A stretch of 64,000 bases of DNA from positions 124,001 through 188,000 of the forward strand of contig CATNEN010000001.1 in the NCBI GenBank assembly GCA_950097015.1. The letters run 5' to 3'. Position 1 is the first letter of the stretch. The number at the start of each line of letters is the position of its first letter. The stretch is from Macrostomum hystrix (lineage: Eukaryota > Animalia > Platyhelminthes). This document shows positions 49,150 to 63,319 of the stretch, one piece after another. The position numbers were made by a program, and so were the translations under genes. A model generated the notes under the pieces. It worked only from the letters and a program-made list of their open reading frames with translations. It did no database searches and was not told where the DNA came from.

Positions 49150-52100
49150 GATACGGGAGAGATTAGATACGCGATAGAGACAGGAGAGATATGGCACTGA
49201 AGAGATAGGACACGAGTGAGACGAGACGTGGGAGAGATAAGACACGAGTGAGACGAGACTTGGGAGAGATAAGACACGGAAGGGACGAGACGTGGGAGAG
49301 ATAAAACACGGGTGAGATTCGACGTGGGAGAGATAAGACACGGAAGGGACGAGACTTGGGAGAGATTAGACACGGAAGGGACGAGACTTGGGAGAGATTA
49401 GACACGGAAGGGACGAGACTTGGGAGAGATTAGACACGGAAGGGACGAGACTTGGGAGAGATTAGACACGGAAGGGACGAGACTTGGGAGAAATTAGACA
49501 CGGAAGGGACGAGACTTGGGAGAGATTAGACACGGAAGGGACGAGACTTGGGAGAGATTAGACACGGAAGGGACGAGACTTGGGAGAGATTAGACACGGA
49601 AGGGACGAGACTTGGGAGAGATTAGACACGGAAGGGACGAGACGTGGGAGAGATTAGACACGGAAGGGACGAGACGTGGGAGAGATTAGACACGGAAGGG
49701 ACGAGACGTGGGAGAGATTAGACACGGAAGGGACGAGACGTGGGAGAGATTAGACACGGAAGGGACGAGACTTGGGAGAAATTAGACACGGAAAGGACGA
49801 GACTTGGGAGAAATTAGACACGGAAGGGACGAGACTTGGGAGAGATTAGACACGGAAGGGACGAGACTTGGGAGAAATTAGACACGGAAGGGACGAGACT
49901 TGGGAGAGATTAGACACGGAAGGGACGAGACTTGGGAGAGATTAGACACGGAAGGGACGAGACTTGGGAGAAATTAGACACGGAAGGGACGAGACTTGGG
50001 AGAGATTAGACACGGAAGGGACGAGACTAGGGAGAGATTAGACACGGAAGGGACGAGACGTGGGAGAGATTAGACACGGAAGGGACGAGACGTGGGAGAG
50101 ATTAGACACGGAAGGGACGAGACGTGGGAGAGATTAGACACGGAAGGGACGAGACGTGGGAGAGATTAGACACGGAAGGGACGAGACTTGGGAGAAATTA
50201 GACACGGAAAGGACGAGACTTGGGAGAAATTAGACACGGAAGGGACGAGACTTGGGAGAGATTAGACACGGAAGAGACGAGACTGGAGAGATAAGACACG
50301 GAAGGGACGAGACTTGGGAGAGATTAGACACGGAAGGGACGAGACGTGGGAGAGATAAAACACGGGTGAGATTCGACGTGGGAGAGATAAGACACGGAAG
50401 GGACGAGACTTGGGAGAGATTAGACACGGAAGGGACGAGACGTGGGAGAGATTAGACACGGAAGGGACGAGACTAGGGAGAGATTAGACACGGAAGGGAC
50501 GAGACTTGGGAGAGATTAGACACGGAAGGGACGAGACTTGGGAGAGATTAGACACGGAAGGGACGAGACTTGGGAGAGATTAGACACGGAAGGGACGAGA
50601 CTTGGGAGAAATTAGACACGGAAGGGACGAGACTTGGGAGAGATTAGACATGGAAGGGACGAGACTTGGGAGAGATTAGACACGGAAGGGACAAGACTTG
50701 GGAGATATTAGACACGGAAGGGACGAGACGTGGGAGAGATTAGACACGGAAGGGACGAGACTTGGGAGAAATTAGACACGGAAGGGACGAGACTTGGGAG
50801 AGATTAGACACGGAAGGGACGAGACTTGGGAGAGATTAGACACGGAAGGGACGAGACTTGGGAGAGATTAGACACGGAAGGGACGAGACGTGGGAGAGAT
50901 TAGACACGGAAGGGACGAGACGTGGGAGAGATTAGACACGGAAGGGACGAGACGTGGGAGAGATTAGACACGGAAGGGACGAGACGTGGGAGAGATTAGA
51001 CACGGAAAGGACGAGACTTGGGAGAAATTAGACACGGAAGGGACGAGACTTGGGAGAGATTAGACACGGAAGGGACGAGACTTGGGAGAGATTAGACACG
51101 GAAGGGACGAGACTTGGGAGAGATTAGACACGGAAGGGACGAGACTTGGGAGAGATTAGACACGGAAGGGACGAGACTTGGGAGAGATTAGACACGGAAG
51201 GGACGAGACTTGGGAGAAATTAGACACGGAAGGGACGAGACTTGGGAGAGATTAGACACGGAAGGGACGAGACTTGGGAGAGATTAGACACGGAAGGGAC
51301 GAGACTTGGGAGAAATTAGACACGGAAGGGACGAGACGTGGGAGAGATTAGACACGGAAGGGACGAGACTTGGGAGAAATTAGACACGGAAGGGACGAGA
51401 CTTGGGAGAGATTAGACACGGAAGGGACGAGACTTGGGAGAGATTAGACACGGAAGGGACGAGACTTGGGAGAGATTAGACACGGAAGGGACGAGACTTG
51501 GGAGAGATTAGACACGGAAGGGACGAGACGTGGGAGAGATTAGACACGGAAGGGACGAGACGTGGGAGAGATTAGACACGGAAGGGACGAGACGTGGGAG
51601 AGATTAGACACGGAAGGGACGAGACTTGGGAGAAATTAGACACGGAAGGGACGAGACTTGGGAGAGATTAGACACGGAAGGGACGAGACTTGGGAGAGAT
51701 TAGACACGGAAGGGACGAGACGTGGGAGAAATTAGACACGGAAAGGACGAGACTTGGGAGAAATTAGACACGGAAGGGACGAGACTTGGGAGAGATTAGA
51801 CACGGAAGGGACGAGACTTGGGAGAGATAAGACACGGAGGGACGAGACTTTGGAGAGAAAAGACACGGAAGAGACGAGACTTGGGAGAGATAAAACACGG
51901 GTGAGAGGCGACGTGGGAGAGATAAGACACGGAAGGGATGAGACGTGGGAGAGATAAGGCATGAAATATTAGACACGGAAGGGATGAGACTTGGGAGAGA
52001 TAAAACACGGGTGAGAGGCGACGTGGGAGAGATAAGACACGGAAGGGACGAGACTTGGGAGAGATAAAACACGGGTGAGAGACGACGTGGGAGAGATAAG

Positions 52101-52200
52101 ACACGGAAGGGATGAGACTTGGGAGAAATAAAACACGGGTGAGATACGACGTGGGAGAGATAAGACACGGAAGGGACGAGACTTGGGAGAGATAAGACAG
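49150..52200. repeat. 32-bp minisatellite AGACACGGAAGGGACGAGACTTGGGAGAGATT (~95 copies)
   Basis: Period 32, homogeneous centre, divergent edges. Confidence 0.97.
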
Positions 52201-52818
52201 ACGATAGTTTTAGACATTGGTGAGATTATATAGAGTAGAGATTCAACGTTGGAGATATGTGGAGACCGAAGAGATTAGACTTTTCTGTTTTGATTTCTCA
52301 ATCTCACTAATTTTGAAGCTTACGAACAGTTTTATAAATGCTTACAAAATGCGCTAGTACTCATTTCAAATAACAATAATTAAACGACTGAGGTGAGTTG
52401 TGACTCAGTACCCTTGAATGATAGCTGGTAATTTCTATCCAGCTGTCGTTTGTCTTGATTTGCGTCACACGCATTTAATTGCTGCTTGAGGAATGCTGCT
52501 GGCCCCACCTCAGATTGAATCTTAAAGGTATCGCCCGTCTCTCCTCAACCGCACCTATACTAGGATGCGATTAAGTACTCGTACGTACATTGCATGTTTG
52601 TTAAGGGGGAAAAATTGCAATCCCTATTTGGCCACTGAACCTGTAGCCAATCCGGCGCATTCTAAGCGTTTGGCGTCATCAGGGAAGGAGGGGAACTCTA
52701 ACATACACCTGCTACTCAGCGCGGTGGATTCCATTCAAAGGCGATCGCTTCTAACCGTTTATTTTCACATTCTCTACATCGAATTTTTTAATTGTTATTT
52801 CTTTTCGCTTTTCACAAC

Positions 52819-55800
52819 ATGTCGCTTAGCGGCTCATCTGGCGGTGGTGCTTCGCCCTGGATGATGGCTCTGTTTCTAGCCGCCGGCGTGATCGGCGGGG
52901 TACTCATGGTGCTGGCTGTGCTGCTAGTCTGCAAGTTCTGCTGCGGGCGCAATGCTAGAAGCGACGATAGCGGCGGCGGCTGCTTTGGTGGCAGCGGGGG
53001 CGGCAGTGGACGGTAATTATCTGGGGCCCATTCTGTATTTCGCATGGTTTAATTATAGGTCTCAATCCTAATCTTTCATCCTCTCAAATCCCAATATTCT
53101 ATCCTCTCAAACTTCGATATTATCCTTCCCAAATCCCAATTTCCCATCTTACTAAATTCAAATATGTTCCCAAATCTCCCATCTTCCCAAATCTCCCATC
53201 TTCCCAGATCTCCCATTTTACCAAATCTCCTATCTTCCGAAATCTCCCATTTTCGCAAATCTCCCATTTTACCAAATCTCCTATCTTCCGAAATTTTCCA
53301 TCTTCCCAAATCTCCCATTTTCCCAAATCTCCCATTTTCCCAAATCTCCCATCTTCCTAAATCTCCCATCTTCCCAAATCTCTCATCTTCACAAATCTCC
53401 CATTTTCCCAAATCCCCCATCTTCCTAAATCTCCCATCTTCCCAAATCTCCCACCTTCCCAAATCTCCCATCTTTCCAAATTCTGATCTTCCATTTTCTC
53501 AAATCCCAGTCTTTCATCCGAGTTCAGTTGAGAATACATAGATCCCATTTTTTCGTCGCATTAGGCCTTCAAAGTCATTTTCAATATTTTAGGATTCAAA
53601 TTTTTGTGTTTAGGCCCATTTACGAGATCCAACGAAATGAAAAAGTCGAGAAATTTTTGGAATGCCTTAAAACTGCTACGTTATCTTTATTGTTGTAGGC
53701 AATGCTTTTTAATTCCTTTCAAAGACGAAGTGGTTTTTCACCTGTCATTTTATTGACAAGATGATTTTTTAATAGGATTTCAGTCAGAACCAGATTAATT
53801 TGCTAGTGTAACATCATGCAATTTGTCTTATCTTAACTTCGGGTACATATGTACTAAGTTGGTAATGACAAGTTCTGAAAATATGTTCTCTTGAAAAAGA
53901 TCGCTACGCTACGAGTGTGTTGGGTGCCTCGATTTTTTTCCAGCAAAAAATCCTTATTTTAAGCACTATCAGTTGCACAGTTCCTCGATTGTTGTATAAT
54001 TTTTTTCTATAAGAGAAGAGAAAATGCCTCTCTCTCTCTTCCCTGTTCCTCTCCCTCTCTCTTCCCTGTTCCTCCCCCCTCTCTTTACTGTTCCTCTCCC
54101 TCTCTCTTCCCTGTTCCTCTCCCCCTCTCTTCACTGTTCCTCTCCCTTTCTATTCCCTGTTCCTCTCCCTCTCTCTTCCCTGTTCCTCCCCCCCTCTCTT
54201 TACTGTTCCTCTCCCTCTCTCTTCCCTGTTCCTCTCTCTTCCCTGTTCCTCTCCCCCTCTCTTCACTGTTCCTCTCCCCCTCTCTTCACTGTTCCCCTCT
54301 CTCTTCCCTGTTCCTCTCTCTCTCTCTTCCCTGTTCCTCTCCCCCTCTCTTCACTGTTCCTCTCCCCCTCTCTTCACTGTTCCCCTCTCTCTCTTCCCTG
54401 TTCCTCCCCCTCTCTCTCTTCCCTGTTCCTCTCTCTCTCTTCACTGTTCCCCTCTCTCTCTTCCCTGTTCCTCTCTCTCTCTTCACTGTTCCTCTCTCTC
54501 TCTTTTCCCTGTTCCTCCCCCTCTCTCTTCCCTGTTCCTCTCCCTATCTCTTCCCTGTTCCTCCCCCCCTCTCTTCACTGTTTCTCTCCCTCTTTTCCCT
54601 GTTCCTCTCTCTCTCTTCCCTGTTCCTATCCTTCTCTCTTCCCTACTCCTCTGACTTCCTCCATATTTGTCTTATTTTCTACCTATAGTTTTCTGTCAAC
54701 TAGTTTTGTAGTCAATATTCAAATCAAATCCTAGCAAAGTTATTCCCGTGAACTCGACGCAGACAATAATAACGTTGGAATGGCAGCGATTAAAAGTGCT
54801 CCAAGCATCTATTCATAAAAAAATCTGGTTCAAATTCTCAGAGACAATGCTTAATAATCCCGGGTTCCAGTTTTTTAGTTTAAAACAATGAGACTCTAAA
54901 ATGGTAGTTTAGAATAATTTCAGATTTTTTGAAAATCACGTGTCTTTCATTTGCACTTTTTCGGGTTCCGCTCTGTCGCAGCTCCACTCTGTCTCTCTCA
55001 TCTGTCCCCTGTTCCATAACTCAGAAGACAATAGTAGGCTACTAGTGGAGTTCACGATATTTTTTTCACATTTCCTCTTCCTCTGTGGAGGAAAAATAGC
55101 GTAGAGACTCGTTAGGGAAGGGAGTATGACGTTTAAAAACATACTCGTACATGCTGCTGCCGCTGCTGCTGCTGCTGCTACTGATGATGAAGCGCAGATA
55201 GGAATCCGACCTGCATCACGAGGCCCTGTGTTTTTTAGGTCCTAACAAAATTTTTCATTCTACACATATGAGGTGTGATTTTTTCCTATCCCATCGCAGT
55301 TTCACTAGGCGGGTATTGTCGCAGCTCAAATGTCACTTGGAGATTGTTTGTTTGCGTTCTATTATCAAAAATAGTCACGTGGCTCATGAGGATTTGGGGA
55401 GAGGAATGCAGTGGAATGGGATTCTGAATTGATCTACTGGGAAGTATTTGTCTGTGATCTGAGTAATATGGATTCACATAGAAATGGGATTCCGGAGAAA
55501 TGGGATCACAAAGAAATGGGATCACGGAGAAATGGGATCATAAAGAAATGAGATCATGGAGAAATGGGATCCTGGAGAAATGAGATCATGGAGTAATAGG
55601 ATCATGGAGTAATGGGATCATGGAGAAATGGGATCATGGAGAAATGAGATCATGGAGAAATGGGATCATGGAGAAATGGGATCATGGAGTAATGGGATCA
55701 TGGAGAAATGGGATCATGGAGAAATGGGATCATAAAGAAATGGGATCATGGAGAAATGAGATCATGGAGTAATGGGATCATGGAGAAATGGGATCATGGA

Positions 55801-58800
55801 GAAATGAGATCATAGAGAAATGGGATCATGGAGAAATGGGATCATGGAGAAATGGGATCATGGAGAAATGGGATCATGGAGTAATGGGATCATGGAGAAA
55901 TGGGATCATAGAGCTTTGGGATCATAGAGATATGGGATCATAGAGCTTTGGGATCACAGAGATATGGGATCATAGAGATATGGGATCATAGAGATATGGG
56001 ATCATAGAGCTGTGGGATCACAGAGATATGGGATCATAGAGATATCGGATCATAGAGATATGGGATCATAGAGATATGGGATCATAGAGCTTTGGTATCA
56101 CGGAGAATTGGGATCATGAGAAAATGGAATCATGGAGAAATGGGATCATAGAGCATTGTGATCATAAAAATATGGGATCATAGACCAATGCTTTCGCAGA
56201 AAGTGCTGTATCAACTATGTGCGATGCATTCCACCTAATTTCTAGTATGAATCAAGCAAAAATGTATCTAGAATTAAACCCAATATCCCATTCACGATAG
56301 ATCACAATTTCCCAGTTGTTAAGACTCTATTTATGTGAAGGCGTGAACATCTGCTTATCTGGTGTATATATTATCTATATATTTCGCTCTTCATTCGACA
56401 TCCATTAAATAGATGGACTTAGTTCCTAATGACTAATACTGTTCGGATTTATTAATTATTCATCATTTTTTAAGAACAGAAGGAATACTTATATTGAGAG
56501 AGAGAGAGGGAGAGACAGGGCCTTTTGGCGATTTCGAGTGCTCTAGCGAGAGTAGGAGGTAGAGAGAGAGAGGCGAATGCCATCTGCTCCCCCCCCATGG
56601 CCCCCATGAGATCTTAAAGAGCCATATAGCCACTCACTGGCAATGCCCGCATCCGCATAGACACATACTCCTATCATCGCTCACTAGCCATTGTAGTGAA
56701 TGAACTTCCCTCTAGCACTAATCGAATACTTACATGTGTGATGCGTAACCCTGTCACATCCTTATTTAGGCACTTTCTATTCTAATGCCTTCTCTATTTT
56801 CATACACAAAATATGTGAATGACAGAATTAAATAACAGGTCTCCATTAGCACACTGGAAGCACCCGAGGCTCAGGGGGACGATTCCTATTAACACGATTT
56901 AGCTTTTTTAATAAACATATTTACGATCCAACGACAATATTAGAACGATCAGATCCAATTAAAACAGAGCCTAAAAGCTTGGCCAACTGAAATGGGTGCT
57001 TTGTTGGCTAGGACATTGTAGTTAGTATGGCTCGGGATTTTGGGATTTGCGAGGACAGAAGATTAGGTTTTTGGGGATGGAAGATTGGGATTTGGGAGCA
57101 TGGAAGATTGGGATTTGAGAGGATGGAAGATTGGGATTTGAGAGCATGGAAGATTGGGATTTCAGAGGATGGAAGATTGGGATTCGAGAGTATGGAAGAT
57201 TGGGATTTGAGAGCATGAAAGATTGGGATTCGAGAGCATGGAAGATTGGGATTTCAGAGGATGGAAGATTGGGATTTCAGAGCATGAAAGATTGGGATTT
57301 GAGAGCATGGAAGATTGGATTTGGGAGGAAGAAATATTGAAATCTAAGAGATTGAAGATTAGGATTTGGAATTTGGGAGCCGGAGGATGGATTGTTTAGG
57401 ATTAAAGAGGATTGTAGATTGAGATTTGAGAGGGTGGGAGATTGGGAATGGGATTTTAGCTACAGTTGTCGCATTGCTCTAGAATATCGTTTATCCAAAG
57501 CTTTGAATAATATTGTTAAACTAGTGTGGCAAAGTCGAATGTCAATTTTTATTCCGTAAAAAATCCCAATGAAATTATTAGTCGAGAATCTCAGTCGAAA
57601 GCGCGCCATAGGTCAATCTATCCCTGGTCCTGCAATCTCCTATGCCAGCTATTCCCTATTCCATCATAGCCAACTGGTTCCGTTGACAAATATGGGAATG
57701 GCAAGCAGGATCTAGCCTTGGAGTTACAGTCGTCGGTCCTGTTTGAATAAAGTATATTTTTTACGGTACTTACTAACCCACCGCCAAAGCTCAAAAACCA
57801 ATCAATTATGCATTTGACGCTCACGTGACTTTAGAGCCATGCAAGCTAAATTTAGGGTTCCGCTGCGACTACACCCACTTTTACTTATTTTATTTCTTAA
57901 AATTTTATTATTTTTTTCAGACGCAAAAGCAGCTTTAATTATAACTTCGAGAGTTCCATAGCCATACCGCAAGAGTTGGACAGCTTCCAGTGCTCTGAGT
58001 ACTGCTCAGCTGCTGAGCCACTGCGGAGAGGGTGAGATTCTTTTCGACTGTTTACCTGTTAGACATGAGTACTCGCCTGTTAGACACGAACACTCACCTG
58101 TTAGACATGAGCACTCACCTGTTAGACATGAGCACTCGCCTGTTAGACATGAGCACTCGCCTGTTAGACACGAACACTCACCTGTTAGACACGAACACTC
58201 ACCTGTTAGACACGAACACTCACCTGTTAGACACGAACACTCACCTGTTAGACATGAGCACTCGCCTGTTAGACACGAACACTCACCTGTTAGACACGAA
58301 CACTCACCTGTTAGACATGAGCACTCACCTGTTAGACATGAGCACTCGCCTGCTAGACATGAGCACTCGCCTGCTAGACATGAGCACTCACCTGTTAGAC
58401 ATGAGCACTCACCTGTTAGACACGAACACTCTCCTGTTAGACATGAGCACTCGCCTGTTAGACACGAACACTCTCCTGTTAGACATGAGCACTCGCCTGT
58501 TAGACACGAACACTCACCTGTTAGACACGAACACTCACCTGTTAGACATGAGCACTCGCCTGTTCGATATGAGCACTCACCTGTTAGACATGAGCACTCG
58601 CCTGCTAGACACGAACACTCACCTGTTAGACATGAGCACTCACCTGTTAGACATGAGTACTCACCTGTTAGACATGAGCACTCACCTGTTAGACACGAGC
58701 ACTCACCTGTTAGACATGAGCACTCGCCTGCTAGACATGAGTACTCACCTGTTAGACACGAACACTCACCTGTTAGACACGAGCACTCACCTGTTTGACA

Positions 58801-60706
58801 TGAGTACTCACCTGTTAGACACGAGCACTCACCTGTTTGACATGAGTACTCACCTGTTAGACACGAGCACTCACCTGTTTGACATGAGTACTCGCCTGTT
58901 AGACATGAGCACACACCTGTTAGACATGAGCACTCACCTGTTAGACATGAGCACTCGCCTGCTAGACATGAGCACACACCTGTTAGACACGAACACTCAT
59001 CTGTTAGACATGAGCACTCGCCTGCTAGACATGAGCACACACCTGTTAGACACGAACACTCACCTGTTAGACATGAGCACACACCTGTTAGACATGAGCA
59101 CTCGCCTGCTAGACATGAGCACTCGCCTGCTAGACATGAGCACACACCTGTTTGACAAGTGAGATCTTTCCTATGTAATTTTTCATAGAACACTTGTTTT
59201 TTATGCCTTACAAGTCTAGTTTTATATGCACTTTTCGAAATCAGTTTTAGCTCTTCAAATGTCGGGTAGATCAAACAGATTACTGAACTTTACAACGGAA
59301 AATGGCAATATAGTTATTTGTCTGTGAGCTCTGGGAAGCAAGTATTTAGCAATAGTCTGTAGTACAGGATTTTTCTTTTTTGTCTCTTGCCGCCCTTTGT
59401 TAGTTTGTCTGAATTGATTTAAAAAAACTAGTTCAAAAAGTGAATCATGTCGAGGACTAGCCTAGTTGCTTATTGATTAAACTAGTAAAGTTAAATCTAA
59501 AAAACTGTTTTCTGTTTTATCAAAAAATGTTATATAGAAATTTTATATAGAGTCATCGCCAAGCAACCAAAAAATCATTCTTTCATTGTCACTTTCAATT
59601 TCTCAGCCTTCACGTGTCTGACACATGTCGGCTGTCGCTTCCTTGAATATCAATTCAATGCATAATCGGAATTTCGTTTTATACTCGTATTTGCACTAAG
59701 AGAAGTCACAACACTAAATAGTTACCAAGGTGATTAGTGCTCGTATGCTAGTTTAAACACATTCGCTGGCTTGATGACAAAGAATTAGCATTTTTGCCTT
59801 TTCTAAATTATAACTCCCCATTTTTTTCGTTCTCTAAATTTATTTCGATTCTTTAATGGAATCTTCATTATCGCATTTTTATCTGTCTTTATCCGCCATT
59901 ATCCAAGCCCTATAAAGTTGTATTTCACCACTATCTGAACTTCTATCAACCTCTATCCATCATCTATCCACCTCTATCCACTGTCTATCCACCTCTACCC
60001 ACTGTCTATTCACCTCTATCCACTGTCTATCCACCTCTATCCACTGTCTATCCACCTCTACCCACTGTCTATCCACCTCTTATCCATCATCTATCCACCT
60101 CTATCCACTGTCTATCCACCTCTATCCATCATCTATCCACCTCTATCCACTGTCTATCCACCTCTATCCACTGTCTATCCACCTCTATCCACTGTCTATC
60201 CACCTCTATCCACTGTCTATCCACCTCTATCCATCATCTATCCACCTCCATCCACTGTCTATCCACCTCTTATCCATCATCTATGCACCTATACCCATTG
60301 TATTTCCACCTCTATTCAGTGTCTATCCGCTTCTATCTACTGTCTATCCACTTATCCACCTCTGTCCAGTGTCTTTCCATCTCTATTCAGTGTCTTTTCA
60401 CCCATATCCATTGTATTTCCACCTCTTTTCAGTGTCTATCCGCCTCTATCTACTGTCTATCCACCTCTGTCCAGTGCTTATCCACCTCTATCCAGTGCCT
60501 ATCCACCTCTATTCAGTGTCAAACCATATCTATCCAATTTTGTCTAATCTCAATCAATCTCTGTGCTATTTGAATGCATTTAAATACATTGCTGATCCAC
60601 ACTAAAGTCGAGTCGAGTTTAGCTCTTAGGAGTGAATCATCATTTGAAGAGTTCATCCTTCAACTCATTTTAGTTCGCCTACAGCAGCATGGGAAGGCGG
60701 TGATGA

Positions 60707-60737
<31 letters not shown>

Positions 60738-63019
60738 GATGAGGAGGAGGAGGAAACACCTATCGATGACGTAGTGACTCAGTTTCGAAACTCGCTCGGT
60801 ACGCTGGATTTCTTGAGTTATTTGCTGTCTGTTTTCTGTTATTGTTCTTTATTATTTTTAGTGTTCCGAACATGCACTTTTAAGAATAACACTTATCAAT
60901 AAAGTTACGTTAGCTAAACAACATGATAATATAAACATTTTCTGACAAACCTCAAACCTGTTAGCCACACCTCAAACCTGTTAGACAGACCACAAACCTG
61001 TTAGACAGATTTCAAACCTGTTAGACACACCCCAAACTTGTTAGACAGACTCCAAACCTCTTAGACAGACTCCAAACCTGTTAGACAGACTCCAAACCTG
61101 TTAGACAGACTTCAAACCTGTAAGTCGCATCTCAAAGCTGTTAGGCAAACCTCAAACCAGTGAGACAGACTCCAAACTAGTTAGACAGACTCCAAACTAG
61201 TTAGACAGACTCCAAACTAGTTAGACTGACTCCAAACCTGTTAGACAGACTTCAAACCTGTAAGTCGCATCTCAAAGCTGTTAGGCAAACCTCAAACCTG
61301 TTAGACAGACTCCAAACAAGTTAGACAGACTCCAAACAAGTTAGACAGACTCCAAACCTGTTAGACAGACTCCAAACCTGTTAGACAGACTCCAAACCTG
61401 TAAGACAGACTCCAAACCTGTTAGACAGACTCCAAACCTGTTAGACAGACTCCAAACCTGTTAGACAGACTTTTAAACCTGTTAGACAGACTCCAAACAA
61501 GTTAGACTGACTCCAAACAAGTTAGACAGACTCCAAACCTGTTAGACAGACTCCAAACCTGTTAGACAGACTCCAAACCTTTTAGACAGACTCCAAACAA
61601 GTTAGACTGACCTCAAACCAGTTAGACAGACTCCAAACAAGTTAGACTGACCTCAAACCTGTTAGACAGACTCCAAACAAGTTAGACTGACCTCAAACCA
61701 GTTAGACAGACTCCAAACAAGTTAGACTGACCTCAAACCTGTTAGACAGACTCCAAACAAGTTAGACTGACCTCAAACCTGTTAGACAGACACCAAACCT
61801 GTTAGACAGACTCCAAACCTGTTAGACTGACTCCAAACAAGTTAGACTGACCTCAAACCTGTTAGACAGACTCCAAACAAGTTAGACTGACCTCAAACCT
61901 GTTAGACAGACACCAAACCTGTTAGACAGACTCCAAACCTGTTAGACTGACTCCAAACAAGTTAGACTGACCTCAAACCTGTTAGACAGACACCAAACCT
62001 GTTAGACAGACTCCAAACCTGTTAGACAGACACCAAACCTGTTAGACAGACTCCAAACCTGTTAGACAGACTCCAAATCAGTTAGACTGACCTCAAACCA
62101 GTTAGACAGACTCCAAACAAGTTAGACTGATTCCAAACCTGTTAGGCAGACTCCAAACCTGTTAGACAGACACCAAACCTGTTAGACAGACTCCAAACCT
62201 GTTAGACAGACTCCATACCTGTTAGTCAGACACCAAACCTGTTAGACAGACACCAAACCTGTTAGACAGACACCAAACCTGTTAGACAGACACCAAACCT
62301 GTTAGACAGACTCCAAACAAGTTAGACAGACTCCAAACCTGTTAGACAGACACCAAACCTGTTAGACAGACACCAAACCTGTTAGACAGACTCCAAACCT
62401 GTTAGACAGACTCCAAACCTGTTAGACAGATTTCAAACCTGTTAGACAGACACCAAACCTGTTAGACAGACTCCAAACCTGTTAGACAGATTTCAAACCT
62501 GTTAGACAGACACCAAACCTGTTAGACAGACTCCAAACCTGTTAGACAGACTCCAAACCTGTTAGACAGACACCAAACCTGTTAGACAGACACCAAACCT
62601 GTTAGGCACAGACTCCAAACCTGTTAGACAGACACCAAACCTGTTAGGCAGACGCCCTACATTTTCGGATCCCATTTTTTAATTAAATGAATTAAAAAAA
62701 TGGATTGAATCAGGCATTGGCCATATTTCGTATAACTGTAGCTTGTATTGTAGGCTCGAACCAACCCCCCAAACTAAACAGGACAGCTGCATGATTGCGA
62801 TAGATTAAAGACGATAATGAACTAAAACATCGCTATTTAGCACTGTCACCCCTGGCATACAACAGAATCTGAGTGTCATCAGCTCGTGATGCAAATTTTT
62901 TACAATCCCCTAATTGCAGGCTCGCAGCAGCAGCAGCAGCAGCCGCTATTAGTTGCCAAGGAGACCAAAAAGCTCTCACAGATAGGACAGTTGAACCTGT
63001 CCACGAACGCTGGTTTTGA
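52819..63019 (+). CDS. 5' part of a single-pass membrane protein, possibly synaptotagmin-like; exons 52819-53012, 57921-58031, 60674-60798, 62920-63019; continues beyond the window
   Basis: Four GT-AG-bounded exons splice in compatible phases (2, 2, 1) without stops: MSLSGSSGGGASPWMMALFLAAGVIGGVLMVLAVLLVCKFCCGRN...GR|RKSSFNYNFESSIAIPQELDSFQCSEYCSAAEPLRR|GSPTAAWEGGDDKQ9DE5TPIDDVVTQFRNSL|GSQ6PLLVAKETKKLSQIGQLNLSTNAGF. TM helix followed by a Cys cluster. Confidence 0.6.
53165..53500. repeat. 17-bp minisatellite CAAATCTCCCATCTTCC
   Basis: Period 17, degenerate. Confidence 0.9.
54028..54650. repeat. Pyrimidine-rich ~23-bp minisatellite CTCTCTTCCCTGTTCCTCTCCC
   Basis: Variable-length tandem units. 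Confidence 0.92.
55480..56180. repeat. 16-bp minisatellite TGGAGAAATGGGATCA / TAGAGATATGGGATCA
   Basis: Period 16; the variant switches along the array. Confidence 0.95.
57075..57330. repeat. 23-bp GGAAGATTGGGATTTGAGAGCAT minisatellite (family of 46290-48260)
   Basis: Same unit. Confidence 0.92.
58052..59158. repeat. 21-bp minisatellite CACCTGTTAGACATGAGCACT
   Basis: Period 21; explains the stop-free ORFs on both strands. Confidence 0.97.
59945..60500. repeat. 21-bp minisatellite ACCTCTATCCACTGTCTATCC
   Basis: Period 21, built from two TCTATCCAC sub-units; degenerate 3' end. Confidence 0.93.
60950..62650. repeat. 20-bp minisatellite TTAGACAGACTCCAAACCTG
   Basis: Period 20. Confidence 0.97.
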
Positions 63020-63319
63020 GTAAGTCGTTTTACCTTTGCTTTATCAATGATGAATTACATATTTTATACTATAATGTAAGATGTGTACTTTCTCTATCAA
63101 ATTTGAGTACTTATTTAATTTAGTTTAACACCATAGTCCTTGTCACCTTCAGATATTGCATTACTTTCTCACAACTGGTTCAGAATCTTTTCGGATCTGG
63201 TTAGTTTGCGATGAGCAAATAGAAGAAACTAGGTTGGTTCTGCGTACATAAAATTTGTCTCCCAATTCCCATCTATCCAGATCTAGCACTTTCTTATCTC
63301 CTAACGTTCCCTATTACAA

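Noticed and set aside
55150-55275. (GCT)n tract and a possible 34-bp micro-exon in the membrane-protein gene
   Set aside because: The micro-exon would break the reading frame; the tract has no supported splice context
52600-57700. Similar short peptides PYLATEPV (+, ~52620) and PYLSTEPV (-, ~57680)
   Set aside because: Too short to distinguish from chance or decayed repeat fragments; no extended homology
58006-59274. Cys-rich 422-aa ORF (CSCLTGE repeats) resembling metallothionein/EGF, and its 376-aa antisense partner
   Set aside because: 21-bp intronic minisatellite open on both strands, starting immediately after a predicted splice donor
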